The position numbers and the translations under genes are program-made. A DNA stretch of 63,981 nucleotides from an uncultured Collinsella sp. (GTDB taxonomy: Bacteria; Actinomycetota; Coriobacteriia; Coriobacteriales; Coriobacteriaceae): assembly GCA_900543945.1 (NCBI GenBank), contig UQTN01000001.1:1-63981 (forward strand), written 5' to 3'. Shown here one piece after another: positions 19,790 to 29,544 of this stretch (its first letter is position 1; each line of letters begins with the position of its first letter). Under the pieces are notes generated by a model. It worked only from the letters and a program-made list of their open reading frames with translations. It had not been told where the DNA came from and ran no database searches.

Positions 19790-20678
19790 CTAGATGTGCT
19801 GACGAATCGCTTCGATATAGGCCTGCCCGTAGCGCGTAAGTGTCGTGTTCTTGCGCGTGATGATGCCAATCTCCATGTACTCGTCTACATCGAGCGGAAT
19901 CGAGATAATACCGGGGCCGTTAAGTTCATGGCTGATCACGCCCGAACACACCGTGTAACCGTTAAGGCCCATAGCTAGGTTGAACAGCGTCGCACGGTCG
20001 CGCACGCGGATATTCTTGCGGCGCTCAAAGGTCGAGGTCAGCTCCTCGGAATAGTAAAACGAGTTGTAGCTGCCCTGCTCATAGGACAGGAACGGGTAGT
20101 CTTCCAAGTCCTCGAGCGTCACACTCGAGCGACCCGCCAGCGGATGGTCGGAGCACACAAAGACATGCGGCGTAGCGCAGAAGAGTCCTTCGAATACGAG
20201 CTCGTTGGCCGCCAGCATGCGCTCGATGACCTCGCGATTGTGCTCCGACAGATACAGGATGCCGAGCTCGCTTTTCATATGCGCGACGTCCTCGATAATC
20301 TCGTGGGTCTGTTCCTCGCGCAGGGTAAAGTCGTAGCGCGAACTCGCGGATCACATCGACAAATGCATTAACGGCAAAGGAATAATGCTGGCAGCTCACA
20401 CTAAAGTGCGGCACCTGCTCGGACGTGCCTTTGTACTTGCCCTCGAGCAGGTCGGCCTGGTCGAGCACCTGGCGCGCGTAGCCCAAGAAGGTCTCGCCTT
20501 CCTCGGACACAATGACGCCCTTGTTGGTGCGCTCAAAGATGTGTACACCCATCTCGTTTTCGAGATCGCGAATTGACGCGGTAATCGAAGGCTGCGACAC
20601 AAAGAGCCGGCGCGAGGCCTCGGTGATGCTGCCGCATTCGGCAACTTTGACGACATATCTGAGCTGCTGGAGCTTCAT
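19790..20678 (-). pseudogene. Frameshifted LysR regulator of the MetR/MtaR/CpsY type
   Basis: MKLQQLRYVVKVAECGSITEAS...QHYSFAVNAFVDVIREF in one frame continues as RYDFTLREEQTHEIIEDVAHMKSELGILYLS...YEQGSYNSFYYSEE in another; break at about 20336-20340. Confidence 0.85.
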
Positions 20679-20688
20679 GGCTTTCTCC

Positions 20689-21597
20689 CTAGACGTTCGT
20701 GACGTCGAAACCCGTCGCGTCCATCTGACGCATAAACGACGGCATCTCCCCCGTCGCGGCGCAGGCGGCAATCTGATGCAGAGCCCCGGCAACCGCATCA
20801 TCTGCCGCAGCGCCGATATGCCAGCGCGCGGCAGCCGTGACGGCCTCGTTAGCATTGGCGACTGCAACGGAATTGGGAACGGCATCGATCATGGGCAAAT
20901 CGTTATCGGAATCGCCGAATACGGCCACCTCGTCGGGCGTCAGGCCCAAAGCGCGCGCCAGCTCCAGCGCAGCACAGCCCTTGTCCCAGCCGGTCGGAAG
21001 AACGTCGAACAGGCGCACGCGGTTGTTGGGAAACACGAGCGAGAGCTCCGGCACCTCGGCGGCAACACGCTCGCGCAGCTCGGCGAGCTCCTCGCGCGAA
21101 CGGGCACTCCAGATATTCGCCTTGTATACCGGGGCATCGTCAACGACAGGGCGACAGGGAGCCTCTTCGCCCTTGAGCCACGCGTTGCCGCCTGACTCCA
21201 TGGCGTGACGCACACGCTCGGGATCGCTTGTCACGCAATAGGCGTCGTTGTCCCAAAAGTCATCACCCAGACGGTAGACCTTCAAATAGGTATCGTCGGT
21301 CTCTTGCTCCAGGTAGTCGGCCAGGCGCATAAGGGCATCGTTATCAGTTGCGCGCGAGGCAACCGCCTCGCCATCGACAAACATCACCTGGCCGTTGCAA
21401 AACGCACCGGTCGAGAAGCACTCGGAGCGATTGCGGAACATCCAGCTCATCGCGGACGGTTGGCGACCCGAAACCGGGCCAAAATGCAGGCCCGCCGCCT
21501 GCATGGCATGAATGCCCTCGATGGCGCAGTCGCTGGCGCCATCGTGTCCAGCAGGAATCAGCGTATCGTCCATATCGGTCAGCACAAGTTTGATCAT
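20689..21597 (-). CDS. Cof-type HAD hydrolase
   Basis: MIKLVLTDMDDTL, SGR, DKG, FGDSDNDLPM motifs. Confidence 0.88.
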   Translation of the reverse strand: MIKLVLTDMDDTLIPAGHDGASDCAIEGIHAMQAAGLHFGPVSGRQPSAMSWMFRNRSECFSTGAFCNGQVMFVDGEAVASRATDNDALMRLADYLEQETDDTYLKVYRLGDDFWDNDAYCVTSDPERVRHAMESGGNAWLKGEEAPCRPVVDDAPVYKANIWSARSREELAELRERVAAEVPELSLVFPNNRVRLFDVLPTGWDKGCAALELARALGLTPDEVAVFGDSDNDLPMIDAVPNSVAVANANEAVTAAARWHIGAAADDAVAGALHQIAACAATGEMPSFMRQMDATGFDVTNV

Positions 21598-21637
21598 AAG
21601 GTCCCCTCGGTCATTCTCTATCCCGTCTATTGTAACG

Positions 21638-21740
21638 ACCTGCCAATAAGGGACAGGTTTATCTTGGCAGGTTTTATCTGGGAAAATGCAGCGCCCCTGT
21701 TGCCACCTGCCAAAATAAACCTGTCCCATATTGGCAGGTG
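21638..21740. repeat. REP-like family A doublet (ACCTGCCAA...GGGACAGGTTTAT...TTGGCAGGT), two inverted copies
   Basis: Copies at 21638-21672 and 21704-21740; third copy at 41256-41300. Confidence 0.8.
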
Positions 21741-21765
21741 CGCTAGTATAGGGAACAACAGATTC

Positions 21766-21860
21766 GATGCGGGAGTGCCGGCGGTGCAAACCACAAGGCT
21801 GAGAGGGCATAGGGCCCAATCCTTTGAACCTGTCAGTTAATGCTGGCGTAGGGAGCATGC
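21766..21860 (+). promoter_or_regulatory. TPP riboswitch
   Basis: GGGAGTGC...GGCTGAGAG...CCTTTGAACCTG..AGTTAATGCTGGCGTAGGGA consensus upstream of thiM; followed by GGGGCGCTGT...ACAGCGCCCCTTTT hairpin (21869-21900). Confidence 0.93.
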
Positions 21861-21922
21861 CGCCTTTACAGGGGCGCTGTCTATGCACAGCGCCCCTTTT
21901 CTATGCCAAGGAGGCATGTGCA

Positions 21923-22762
21923 GTGATTGATTCGGAACAGCTTAAGCAACATATGGTCAAGGCCGTAGAGGAGATTCGAGCCACCAATCCGATGGCCGGC
22001 TCCATCACCAACACGGTGACGATCGACTTTGTCGCCAACGCGCAGCTCGCCGTGGGCGGTTCGGCCGCCATGGTCTATCTGCCCGACGAGGGCGAGGCGC
22101 TCGTTGCCGGCGGCGGCGCCATCTATCTCAACATGGGCACGCTCTTCCCCATCTACGAGCAGACGATTCCCCGCGCGGCCAAGGCGGCACACGACGCCGG
22201 CAAGCCCTGGGTGCTCGATCCGGTGGGTCTGGGCATCGGTAGCCTGCGCACCCAGCTGGTAAACGAGCTCAAGCAGTACAAGCCCGCCATCGTACGCGGC
22301 AACGCCTCCGAGATCATCGCACTCTCCGGCCTGTGGGGTCTTGAGGGCGAGTCGGCCGATCTGAGCCGCGTACGTGGTGTCGATACCACCGACACGGTCG
22401 ACGCCGCCCGCGATGCCGCCGTGGCGCTCGCTCGCTACACCGGCGGCGCCGTTGTGGTCTCGGGCGAAGTCGACCTGATTACCGACGGCACGACCGTTGC
22501 CAAATCCCACGGCGGCAGCCCGCTCATGTCCAAGATCACCGGCTGCGGTTGCTCGCAGGGCGGCGTGCTGGCCGTGTACGCCTGTGCTACCGATCCGTTT
22601 ACGGCAGCAGTCTGCGGCACCGCCGTCTACAACGTTGCCGGCACGCGTGCCGCCGCCGTCGCCGATGCCCCGGCAAGCTTTAAGGTCGCCTTTATCGACG
22701 AGCTCTACCGCGCAACCGCCCAGGATATTGCCGACAACCGACTCGAGCTCGAGGAGGTATAA
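21923..22762 (+). CDS. thiM: Hydroxyethylthiazole kinase
   Basis: SITNTVTIDFVANAQLAVGGS, WVLDPVG, RGNASEI, ITGCGC; lies downstream of the TPP riboswitch. Confidence 0.92.
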   Translation: MIDSEQLKQHMVKAVEEIRATNPMAGSITNTVTIDFVANAQLAVGGSAAMVYLPDEGEALVAGGGAIYLNMGTLFPIYEQTIPRAAKAAHDAGKPWVLDPVGLGIGSLRTQLVNELKQYKPAIVRGNASEIIALSGLWGLEGESADLSRVRGVDTTDTVDAARDAAVALARYTGGAVVVSGEVDLITDGTTVAKSHGGSPLMSKITGCGCSQGGVLAVYACATDPFTAAVCGTAVYNVAGTRAAAVADAPASFKVAFIDELYRATAQDIADNRLELEEV

Positions 22763-22765
22763 GCC

Positions 22766-23107
22766 ATGTCCGAACCCGCAACCAATGCCGGCATGAACAC
22801 GCTCGTCGCCGTGGCCATCGCCCCATGCGGCACCGGCGACGAGCTGTCCGCCGAGGTCGCCGAGGTCGTGCGCGTCATTCGCGAGAGCGGCCTTCCCAAC
22901 CGCACCACCTCGATGTTCACCGAGATCGAGGGCGACTGGGACGAGGTCATGCAGGTCGTGCGCGACGCGACCTTTGTGTTGGCGAGCAAGGGCATCCGCA
23001 CCGAAGTCGTGCTCAAAGCCGATATTCGACCCGGATTTACCGACACCATGACCGGCAAACTCAAGCGCATGGAAGCACAGATCAAAAAGCAGGAGGAAGC
23101 ACAATGA
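22766..23107 (+). CDS. MTH1187/YkoF-family thiamine-binding protein
   Basis: LSAEVAEVVRVIRESGL...TSMFTEIEGDWDEVM; sits in the thi operon. Confidence 0.8.
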   Translation: MSEPATNAGMNTLVAVAIAPCGTGDELSAEVAEVVRVIRESGLPNRTTSMFTEIEGDWDEVMQVVRDATFVLASKGIRTEVVLKADIRPGFTDTMTGKLKRMEAQIKKQEEAQ

Positions 23108-23799
23108 GCATCCGCGACAACCTTGATATCTCGGCCTATCTGGTGCTCGGCCCCGAAAACACCCTCGGACGCCCCGTGGGCGATGTGGTGGCCCAGGCGC
23201 TCGACGCCGGCTTTACCTGCATTCAGGTGCGCTCCAAGGTGGCAAGCGCCCGCGAGATCATTTCGCTGACCGGCGACGCCGCGCAGGCAATCGCACAGGC
23301 TGGCAAGACCGGTCAGGTCGCCTTGCTGATCGATGACCGCCTTGACTGCGTACTCGCCGCACGCGAGCAGAGCATTGCGGTCGACGGCGTGCACGTGGGC
23401 CAGAGCGATATTCCCGTCGAGGTCTGTCGCAAGCTGCTGGGCCCCGACGCCATCGTGGGCCTTTCGGCCCGTTGCGAGGAAATGCTCGAGTACGTCAAGA
23501 CCGCCGACATGAGTCTGGTCGACTACCTGGGCATCGGCCCGCTCCACGAGACCGAGACCAAGCGCGACTGCGGACGCGCAGCCGATGGCTCCATCATCAC
23601 CAAAAGCTTTGAGGACCTGGCCGCACTCCACGCGGCAAGCCCCGTGCCCATCGTGGTGGGCGGCGGCGTTAAGACGGCTGACTTGCCGCAGCTTAAGGCC
23701 ACCGGCGTCGACGGCTTCTTTGTGGTGAGCGCCGTCTGCAGCGCCGACGATCCCTACGCTGCGGCCAAGGAGCTTGTCGACACCTGGCAGCAGGCATAG
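23104..23799 (+). CDS. thiE: Thiamine phosphate synthase
   Basis: CIQVRSK, LLIDDRLD, DGVHVGQSD, GIGPLHETETK, FVVSAV; ATG overlaps the upstream stop. Confidence 0.9.
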   Translation: MSIRDNLDISAYLVLGPENTLGRPVGDVVAQALDAGFTCIQVRSKVASAREIISLTGDAAQAIAQAGKTGQVALLIDDRLDCVLAAREQSIAVDGVHVGQSDIPVEVCRKLLGPDAIVGLSARCEEMLEYVKTADMSLVDYLGIGPLHETETKRDCGRAADGSIITKSFEDLAALHAASPVPIVVGGGVKTADLPQLKATGVDGFFVVSAVCSADDPYAAAKELVDTWQQA

Positions 23800-23847
23800 G
23801 CATAGGCATAGGCCGAGCAGCTGATTCGCAACCTCATATCTTCAATA

Positions 23848-23898
23848 GCGGAAAGCGCATCCCGGTTCGAACGTCCATTCCGGGATGCGCTTTCCGTA
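23848..23898. terminator. Bidirectional hairpin terminator
   Basis: GCGGAAAGCGCATCCCGG...CCGGGATGCGCTTTCCGT between convergent genes. Confidence 0.65.
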
Positions 23899-23906
23899 TG
23901 CGACCC

Positions 23907-24776
23907 TTACCCCGCCAGATACGCTTCCAACGCCGGCAAAGTCGCCTCTGCATCGTGGCGGCCGACCTGGTAGATGCGCTCGAGCTCATCCGGTTCGCGG
24001 CACAGCGACGGCACCTTCACCGATTCGCTCGGCCGCACCACAAAGATTTCGCCGGCAGCCTCTCGACGTGCCAGGTCATCGAGCGTGGCATTGTAGACCT
24101 CATGCCGATGCTCAAGCGCTGCAACAAACTCCGGATAGCGACGGAACACGCGCCGCAGCATGGGCATCACGCTGTTGGGCTGCTTCACAAAGCCCGCCGG
24201 CTGCGTGAGTACCACGATATTGCGGTCATACCCCTGCGCAAACAGCCATGCGCTGGGAATAGAATCAGCCACGCCACCATCCAGATACTTATGCCCGTCA
24301 ATAGCAACGGGACGCGTCGCCACAGGAATGGCAGACGACGCCCGGATCCACTCGATATCGCGCTCGTCGCCATACGGTAGATCGTGGTAGACGGCCTTGC
24401 CCGTCTCGATATCGGTACACACGCACGTAAATCGCATGGGGCAGGCGCGATACGCCTCCAAGTCGATGGGATCGCGCTCGATAGGCACCTCGTGATAGGC
24501 AAAATCGGCATTGAACATATCGCCGGTTCGCAGCCAGCTGGTCACGCTCGCATAGCGCTTGTCGGCGCAATAGGCCTTGTTGTAACGAATGGCACGGCCG
24601 ATCTGGCGCGATTTAAAGTTGTAGCCAAACGCCGCGCCCGCCGAGACACCCACCATATGGTCGCAGGTCAAACCGCGCTCCATCCAAACGTCGAGCACGC
24701 CCGCCGTATACATACCGCGGTAGCCGCCTCCCTCGAGCGCAAGCCCCACCGTGCGCGTCGTATCCGGCTGTGCCAT
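23907..24776 (-). CDS. Patatin-like phospholipase (DUF6363-associated)
   Basis: EGGGYRG, GVSAG, DGG motifs. Confidence 0.88.
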   Translation of the reverse strand: MAQPDTTRTVGLALEGGGYRGMYTAGVLDVWMERGLTCDHMVGVSAGAAFGYNFKSRQIGRAIRYNKAYCADKRYASVTSWLRTGDMFNADFAYHEVPIERDPIDLEAYRACPMRFTCVCTDIETGKAVYHDLPYGDERDIEWIRASSAIPVATRPVAIDGHKYLDGGVADSIPSAWLFAQGYDRNIVVLTQPAGFVKQPNSVMPMLRRVFRRYPEFVAALEHRHEVYNATLDDLARREAAGEIFVVRPSESVKVPSLCREPDELERIYQVGRHDAEATLPALEAYLAG

Positions 24777-25095
24777 GTGACCATCTCCGTTCCTGCGTTT
24801 TAAAACGGGACAAGTATACCCGTCAACATATATCGACTCAGTCGCATTTTTCATGCGCACCCAGGCGTTGCCGTTTGGCGAATAATAGCCGCCCACAGCA
24901 TGTGCGCCCATATATAATTGTGCATTGTTGTCTATACTACTCAGCTGTTATCAACAGCGAACATTAGCCGGCAAAGTAACTCAACAACGCAGCAAGGCGG
25001 GGGCCTGGATACACGCAAGGCGCCGAGCAACGACGCGTGTACACTACGAGCTCGCCCGACGCCATCCGCCCCGACCTCAGAAAGCCGCTTACAAC

Positions 25096-27813
25096 ATGGA
25101 CACCGCCAGCAATTACACCGAAACGCTCGAAAAGACCGTCCGTGACCTTCTCGAGCGTCAGGATGATCTGATTAGGACGGCCTTTACCGACCAGCTCACC
25201 GGACTTGGCAACCGCGGCGGCTTTGCCCGTTCCCTAGAGGAAATCTGGGAGCAGGAACTGCCCGTGACCATGGCGTTTATCGACATCGATAACCTTAAGC
25301 ACTGCAACGACGTCTTTGGGCATGACGAGGGCAACCGCTATATCTTGCAGGTAAGTCTCTATCTCAAGCTGTATATGAAAGTGGACGAGGCGGCGTTTCG
25401 CATAGGCGGCGACGAGTTTGCCATCCTGTCTACGATTGCGACCGAGGACGACCTCGCCGAGCGCCTGGAACACTGCCGAACGGTCCTACTCAAAAACAAC
25501 GATTCCGAGATGCCTCACTCGTTTAGCTACGGAGTGTCGCACGCCGACCCCGCCCTGGGTGAAGTCTCCAATCGCATGACACTCGATGCCGACCATCGCA
25601 TGTACGACTACAAGCTACGCCATGCCATGCATCTTGATCGACGCAATATCGCGCAAGTCCACACCGACGACTTCGAAATAAGCGATCGCGTTTTTGACGC
25701 CTTTTCGATGCTCAACGAAGGCCGTTATTGCTTTATCGAGAACTTGGACAAACATCGCACCCTATGGTCACAAGGCGCCCTGCGCGATCTCGGTCTTCCT
25801 TCTGAGCATGTAGACAACTGCCACGATTACTGGAAAACGCGCGTCCACCCCGATGACCTTGAGGCCTACATCAACGACATCGACCAAATCTATAATGGCT
25901 CCAAACACCGCCGCGTCATGCAGTACCGCATGCGCAATGCCGCGGGCGACTACGTCCTCTGCCGCGCTCGCGGGTTTCGCATCGACGGCGACGGAAATAC
26001 CCCCTCGCTCTATGTCGGCGAACTTGTTAACCACTCACTCGCCGAGACCGTCGACGCCGCCACGGGCCTCGGAACGCAGCGTATGCTGATCAACGCTATC
26101 GATGCCTGCCGTCGCGACCGTTGCGAGACGGGGCTTATAGCGGTCCGCGTTTGTGGCACGGCAAAGTTCAACGAGCTCTACGGGGCCGAGGCTGTCGACA
26201 ACATGCTCGCCGAATACGCAGGCCGCATGCTATCGATCACCCGCGGCAGAAGTCGCGTCTTCCGCTCGCGAAACGCCCAGTTCGTCGTGCTCAGCAACGA
26301 TCTGGACCACGAGGCATTCGAGCAACTGACCCATCATCTTAAAGAGGCCGTTTTCGCTCCTGTTCGAATCGCGAACGACACCATTACCCCCGTCTGTCTT
26401 GTCGTCCCGGCCTTTTACGAGCGCTTAATCAATCAAGCGACCGCTGTTTTAGGCGAACTCGACCGTCGTCTTCGCGCCGCCGGCGGGCTTGCACCCAACG
26501 ACAGCCTCCCCATACCCGAGATTGAGCGTAAAAGCGCCGTCGCCGAACGCATCGATACGCTCACGGGCCTCTATCGACCCAGCGAGTTTATGCGGCGTGC
26601 CAACGCATTTCTTAAGACAAGGCGCGACGCCGCTTGGTGTATCGCCACCGTCGACATGGGTCATATGCGACTGTTCAACGAATGGCACGGACAGGCCGAG
26701 GGCGACCGCGTGCTCGCCGATGTGGGCACGGTCCTCAAAGACATCGAGAATGCCGAGATGGGCGTCGCAGGATACTGGGGCCAAGACGACTTTTGCATTC
26801 TCATCCCCTTTGAGCACAACACCGTCCATCAAATCTATAACCGCGTTCGCGCCGCCGTGGCCAAGCATGATGACGGCGTGGGTTTCTGGCCGTCCATGGG
26901 CGTTTGCCCCATCGACCCCAACGAGGAAATCACCATCGACGCGCAGGCCAAGGCCATGTTTACCAATCGGCGCGCCAAAAACGATTTTAAGGATCGCATC
27001 GCCGTCTTTCGCCCCGAGGAATACAAGCGCGAGGTGGCGTTTCACCGCACCCTCACCGAGTTCCAGTATGCGCTCTCAAACGACCGCATCACCTACTACC
27101 TGCAGCCCCAGGTTGATATGGAAACCGGCGAGATCATTGGCGCCGAAGCACTCACCCGCTGGATTGACAAGGACGGCTCTCTCATTTCGCCCGCAACGTT
27201 TATCCCCGCACTCGAGGAAAGCGGCTTTGTGGTGACGCTCGACAAGTACATTTGGCAGGGTGTCGCCTCGTGGCTGCGCGGGCGCATCGATCGAGGACTT
27301 CGCGTGGTTCCGGTCTCGCTTAATGTGTCGCGCGTGGATATCCTTGCCTGCGACGTTGCCGAACATATGGGGGCGCTCGCCGCCCAATACAACCTACCGC
27401 CCGAGCTCATGCGTATCGAGATCACCGAGACGGCTTATACGGGGGAGTCCGAGGCCGTGGACAAACTGACAGCCGACCTGCACACCCGCGGCTTCTCGAC
27501 CTATATGGACGATTTTGGCACCGGCCAGTCCACGCTCGCGATGCTCAAGAACGTCAACGTCGACGTCATCAAGCTCGACCGCACCTTTGTGCCCACCGAC
27601 CGCGATCAAGGCCGCAGCGCGCAGATCGTGTCATCGATGCTCGAGATGGCGCAGTCGCTCCATCTGCCCGTCGTGGTCGAAGGCGTCGAGACAAATGAGC
27701 AGGCAAACATACTACGCTACATGGGCGCCCGCTACGCTCAGGGCTTCCTCTACTACCGCCCCATGCCGGCGAATGATTTTGAGGCATTGCTCGATGGTGG
27801 CAAAAACAACTGA
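25096..27813 (+). CDS. Diguanylate cyclase/phosphodiesterase: GGDEF-PAS-degenerate GGDEF x2-EAL
   Basis: DQLTGLGNR...RIGGDEF; RVHPDD PAS motif; degenerate RSRNAQF and WGQDDF; GAEALTRW, DDFGTG, IKLDR, VEGVET, QGFLY. Confidence 0.88.
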   Translation: MDTASNYTETLEKTVRDLLERQDDLIRTAFTDQLTGLGNRGGFARSLEEIWEQELPVTMAFIDIDNLKHCNDVFGHDEGNRYILQVSLYLKLYMKVDEAAFRIGGDEFAILSTIATEDDLAERLEHCRTVLLKNNDSEMPHSFSYGVSHADPALGEVSNRMTLDADHRMYDYKLRHAMHLDRRNIAQVHTDDFEISDRVFDAFSMLNEGRYCFIENLDKHRTLWSQGALRDLGLPSEHVDNCHDYWKTRVHPDDLEAYINDIDQIYNGSKHRRVMQYRMRNAAGDYVLCRARGFRIDGDGNTPSLYVGELVNHSLAETVDAATGLGTQRMLINAIDACRRDRCETGLIAVRVCGTAKFNELYGAEAVDNMLAEYAGRMLSITRGRSRVFRSRNAQFVVLSNDLDHEAFEQLTHHLKEAVFAPVRIANDTITPVCLVVPAFYERLINQATAVLGELDRRLRAAGGLAPNDSLPIPEIERKSAVAERIDTLTGLYRPSEFMRRANAFLKTRRDAAWCIATVDMGHMRLFNEWHGQAEGDRVLADVGTVLKDIENAEMGVAGYWGQDDFCILIPFEHNTVHQIYNRVRAAVAKHDDGVGFWPSMGVCPIDPNEEITIDAQAKAMFTNRRAKNDFKDRIAVFRPEEYKREVAFHRTLTEFQYALSNDRITYYLQPQVDMETGEIIGAEALTRWIDKDGSLISPATFIPALEESGFVVTLDKYIWQGVASWLRGRIDRGLRVVPVSLNVSRVDILACDVAEHMGALAAQYNLPPELMRIEITETAYTGESEAVDKLTADLHTRGFSTYMDDFGTGQSTLAMLKNVNVDVIKLDRTFVPTDRDQGRSAQIVSSMLEMAQSLHLPVVVEGVETNEQANILRYMGARYAQGFLYYRPMPANDFEALLDGGKNN

Positions 27814-27869
27814 TACGCTCGCGCGCAAAACACCACCGCCGAAGGGGACATTTGTCTCCATTAGCTAAC

Positions 27870-27904
27870 TTATATCCCCAATTCAAACCGAATTGGGGAT
27901 ATAA
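27870..27904. promoter_or_regulatory. Perfect 15-bp inverted repeat overlapping a TATAAT -10 element
   Basis: TTATATCCCCAATTC-AAACC-GAATTGGGGATATAA; TATAAT at 27900-27905 upstream of the second GGDEF gene. Confidence 0.5.
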
Positions 27905-27940
27905 TACAAACCGTTGTTCTGCCCAAGGAGGTTATTCATC

Positions 27941-29470
27941 ATGAACGAGTCATATCGCTTGGGCGAGCAATCGATTATTGCCTATCTTCAGCGACTTGCG
28001 AATGGTGTCTCGACCGCCGAACTCGATGTTTCCGTGCTGCCTGCTGAGCTACGCGCCGTTGGTGAGCAACTGCAAAAGACGCATGCCATCCTGCAACAAG
28101 AGCGTCAGCTGCTTGAGTGCAACGCCTATATCGATCCGCTCACCAACTTGGACAACCGTGGCGGACTCGACCGTCACGTCGAGCAGCTCTGGCGCAAAGG
28201 CGACCCCTTCACCTGCGCCTATATTGACATCGACCATCTCAAGCATTGCAATGATAGGTTTGGCCACGCCGAAGGCAATCGCTATATTCTGAGCATCTGT
28301 CGCACGCTCTCCGAAACCATGGAGCACGATGAGATGCTGTTCCGTATCGGTGGAGACGAGTTTGTGCTTATCTCGCTCTCTGCAAACAAGACTGAACTCG
28401 AGCAGCGCTTGGAGCAGGTACGTGCCGGGCTGATCGAGGCGAGCTCAGGTGGCAAGGCGCCCATGATCGCTAGCTTTAGCTTTGGCTGCTCGCGCGTCAA
28501 TCCACTTGCCGGCGACACGCGTCGCCAGATGACGATGGATGCCGATCGCAAGATGTATCGCTATAAGCTTATGCATCGTGTGCAGCAACCGAAAGACAAT
28601 GACGCGCCGCCACACCCAATTGCCGAGCAGCTTCCGTGCAACGACCGCGTATTCCAAGCGATCTCTATGAGCTCCGAGACGCGCTATCCGTTTATCCTCA
28701 ATCTCGATACGGGCGAATCACAATGGTCGGTTAATGCCGTACGCGATTTTGACCTGCCCTCCCAGCATCCCTACAACTCACTCGACTTGTGGCTTGCCCG
28801 CGTTCACCCCGAGGACCGCGACAACGTACGCGCCGAGCTCGACATGGTGATAAACGGTACGTGGCACTTCCACTACATGCAGTATCGCGTGATGGATGCC
28901 ACCGAAGCATACGTGCTTTGCGACTGCACGGGCTACCGCTTGGACGGCACCGATACCGAGCCCAACATGTACGTGGGCATGATTATCAACCGCAGCTTGG
29001 CAGATACGACCGATTCCGTGACCGGCCTGGGCGACATCCACGCCCTGGTCAACGCCATTGGCGAAATGCGTCGCGTCGCGCGCAAGGCGGGCTTGGTCGC
29101 CATTAAAATCGACGATATCGCTCAGGTCAATGCCCGCTTTGGCTTTGATGCAGGCGACCGCGTTTTGGCGGAGAGCGCCGCCTGCCTCATGGATTGTTCG
29201 CGCGGTAAGGGTCGTCTGTTCCGCTCGACCGGACCGATGTTCGTGGCGCTTTTCGACGAATTCGATCCCGAAGAGACCGACGCGATCGCAAAGGAAATCG
29301 AGCGGTTCCTGGGCTCTCCCGTGCTCTTTGGCTCGTTTGAATATCAGCCGCCCCTTCGCGTGGCCACGCTTCATCTGGATACCGTCGACCGACAGCCCGT
29401 TTCCATTTTGAACGAGCTCAAAGTGTTGCTCGGGAAAGCCGTGCAGGTGCCAGGTACCAAACTGGATTAG
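27941..29470 (+). CDS. Diguanylate cyclase: GGDEF-PAS-degenerate GGDEF
   Basis: DPLTNLDNR...RIGGDEF; RVHPEDR; degenerate RSTGPMF; AAGGAGG RBS. Confidence 0.85.
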   Translation: MNESYRLGEQSIIAYLQRLANGVSTAELDVSVLPAELRAVGEQLQKTHAILQQERQLLECNAYIDPLTNLDNRGGLDRHVEQLWRKGDPFTCAYIDIDHLKHCNDRFGHAEGNRYILSICRTLSETMEHDEMLFRIGGDEFVLISLSANKTELEQRLEQVRAGLIEASSGGKAPMIASFSFGCSRVNPLAGDTRRQMTMDADRKMYRYKLMHRVQQPKDNDAPPHPIAEQLPCNDRVFQAISMSSETRYPFILNLDTGESQWSVNAVRDFDLPSQHPYNSLDLWLARVHPEDRDNVRAELDMVINGTWHFHYMQYRVMDATEAYVLCDCTGYRLDGTDTEPNMYVGMIINRSLADTTDSVTGLGDIHALVNAIGEMRRVARKAGLVAIKIDDIAQVNARFGFDAGDRVLAESAACLMDCSRGKGRLFRSTGPMFVALFDEFDPEETDAIAKEIERFLGSPVLFGSFEYQPPLRVATLHLDTVDRQPVSILNELKVLLGKAVQVPGTKLD

Positions 29471-29544
29471 TACCACGCCCGCACCGCCTCCCCCATCGTG
29501 CGATAATCCTCTGCAGAAGTCACCAACAGCAGAGGGAGTTTGTG

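Noticed and set aside
23792..23813. AGGCAT hexamer repeated three times at the thiE stop
   Set aside because: Short slippage-type repeat at and after the stop codon with no evident effect.
24960..25020. c-di-GMP-I (GEMM) riboswitch upstream of the GGDEF/EAL gene
   Set aside because: GGCAAA and GGGCC-like words are present, but there is no GAAA-tetraloop stem or receptor pairing.
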